The notes below the pieces were generated by a model. That model did no database searches. It was not told where the DNA came from and saw nothing but the letters and a program-made list of their open reading frames with translations. From Euglena gracilis (taxonomy: Eukaryota), in contig CP154954.1 of the NCBI GenBank assembly GCA_039621445.1, positions 40,665,572 through 40,729,571 on the forward strand: a DNA stretch of 64,000 nt, given 5' to 3'. Positions 63,701-64,000 of the stretch are shown here, in pieces. The position numbers and the translations under genes were made by a program. Numbering within the stretch: position 1 is the stretch's first letter; every line of letters begins with the position of its first letter.

Positions 63701-64000
63701 CAGCTCCATTTTTGTTGCCTGGTCCACACAACGGCATCCTTATTCGGTGTTTGGGGGGGGGTTCAAGCCAGCAGCCCTCCCCAACCAGCCCAAAATGCCC
63801 AACCTCCACCATCCAGTCGTCACGGCACGCAGCAGTTGCCCATTTGTCCCCAACCATCCAGCGTGGCCAGCCCGCAGCGGCCCCCCTGCCAGCCCGCCGG
63901 CCCCGGAGTACGCCGCGCTGCTGCGCCGGCTGGCCGCCACCACCACCGGCCGCCGCCGTCGCACCCCTCCGTCGACCCGACGATACGGCACGATGCTGGC
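42486..64000 (+). CDS. Gene 2 (spliced, >25 short exons, 3'-partial): long Ser/Pro/Ala-rich protein of unknown function
   Basis: Candidate exons, many phase-compatible: 42486-42499 (ATG), 42549-42611, 44172-44241, 44285-44359, 45188-45251, 45359-45443, ~45886-45982, 47171-47230, 47771-47828, 47901-47966, 48182-48209, 48617-48728, 50916-51012, 51646-51677, 52804-52894, 53460-53617, 60591-60653, 63252-63349, 63878-end. Begins [45 protein letters not shown]. Several internal exons are unresolved, and this could be two genes. Confidence 0.65.
47328..47700. mobile_element. TA-flanked MITE (AATAATAAA motif)
   Basis: ta|cccccccccaaataat ... attattgggggggtt|ta. Confidence 0.7.
47967..48181 (+). other. 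Nonconventional intron (215 nt) with textbook CAG(+4..+6)/CTG(-8..-6) stem
   Basis: gcgCAGGGACCC ... GGGTCCCTGgatgc|a forms a 9-bp perfect stem with a Y|R 3' junction. Removal gives [14 protein letters not shown], which then has a GT donor in phase with the 48617 exon. Confidence 0.8.
51354..51405 (+). repeat. Degenerate interstitial TTAGGG tract
   Basis: gttagggttaggttagggttagggtggttagggccagggttagcgttagggg. Confidence 0.7.
51678..51837 (+). other. Probable nonconventional intron (160 nt) containing a small MITE
   Basis: a|gggCAGCTTGACACG ... CGTGTCAcgcGGTTGggtac|a has R|R...Y|R junctions; removal gives WAE-SAPDV in frame. Confidence 0.5.
53920..54183. mobile_element. GGCA...TGCC element within a (TA)/(TG) microsatellite
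   Basis: at|ggcagcaagctgctacttg ... caagtagtagctcgctgcc|atatat. Confidence 0.75.
54341..54857. mobile_element. GGCA...TGCC element inserted in (TA)n; sister copy 55103-55624
   Basis: (ta)n|ggcaaggctaatttactg ... cagtaaattagccttgcc|(at)n, with internal GGGTTA/TAACCC repeats. Confidence 0.85.
56578..57550. mobile_element. Long-TIR element ending TGCC|(AT)n, with MITE 56635-56992 nested in its left arm
   Basis: The left arm (56598-56634 plus 56993-57040) is the reverse complement of 57437-57519. Confidence 0.75.
59737..59953. mobile_element. TA-flanked MITE (AATAACCTGGCGG motif)
   Basis: ta|aacccccccaaataacctggcggg ... cccgccaggttttggggggggt|ta. Confidence 0.7.
60970..61470. mobile_element. 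hAT-like MITE with 8-bp TSD (CTTGGGGG)
   Basis: cttggggg|cagggttcaatataagg ... ccttatatcgaaccctg|cttggggg. Confidence 0.85.

Noticed and set aside
1-64000. Dinoflagellate origin (GC/GA donors, TA repeats)
   Set aside because: Many exons do not end in AG or begin with G, and the +4/-6 stem introns and TTAGGG motifs fit euglenids better. The taxon is still an inference.

Overview
Eukaryotic, repeat-saturated genomic DNA, most likely from a euglenid. This is inferred from stem-loop 'nonconventional' introns with the euglenid +4/-6 pairing register, GT/GC-AG introns, high-GC3 short exons and TTAGGG-like tracts. Nearly all ORFs in the supplied track are spurious. Splicing short exons by hand gives two + strand genes. 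Gene 1 (~14.0-38.0 kb, about 17 exons) encodes a probable type II membrane GT-B fucosyltransferase-superfamily protein with H-x-R-R-G-D, HIFSDG and [13 protein letters not shown] motifs. Gene 2 (42.5 kb to past the window end) encodes a long Ser/Pro-rich protein of unknown family. Between them lie decayed Ty3/gypsy pol fragments. Introns and intergenic DNA are packed with nested non-autonomous TIR elements: TA-TSD, 3-bp TSD, 7-bp TSD, 8-bp TSD, and a GGCA...TGCC family sitting in (TA)n microsatellites. There are also several long palindromes capped by C-GAA-G triloops and a PHD-finger fragment inside a TIR element. No rRNA, tRNA or CRISPR array was seen. Exon and intron boundaries were read by eye and need RNA-seq confirmation.
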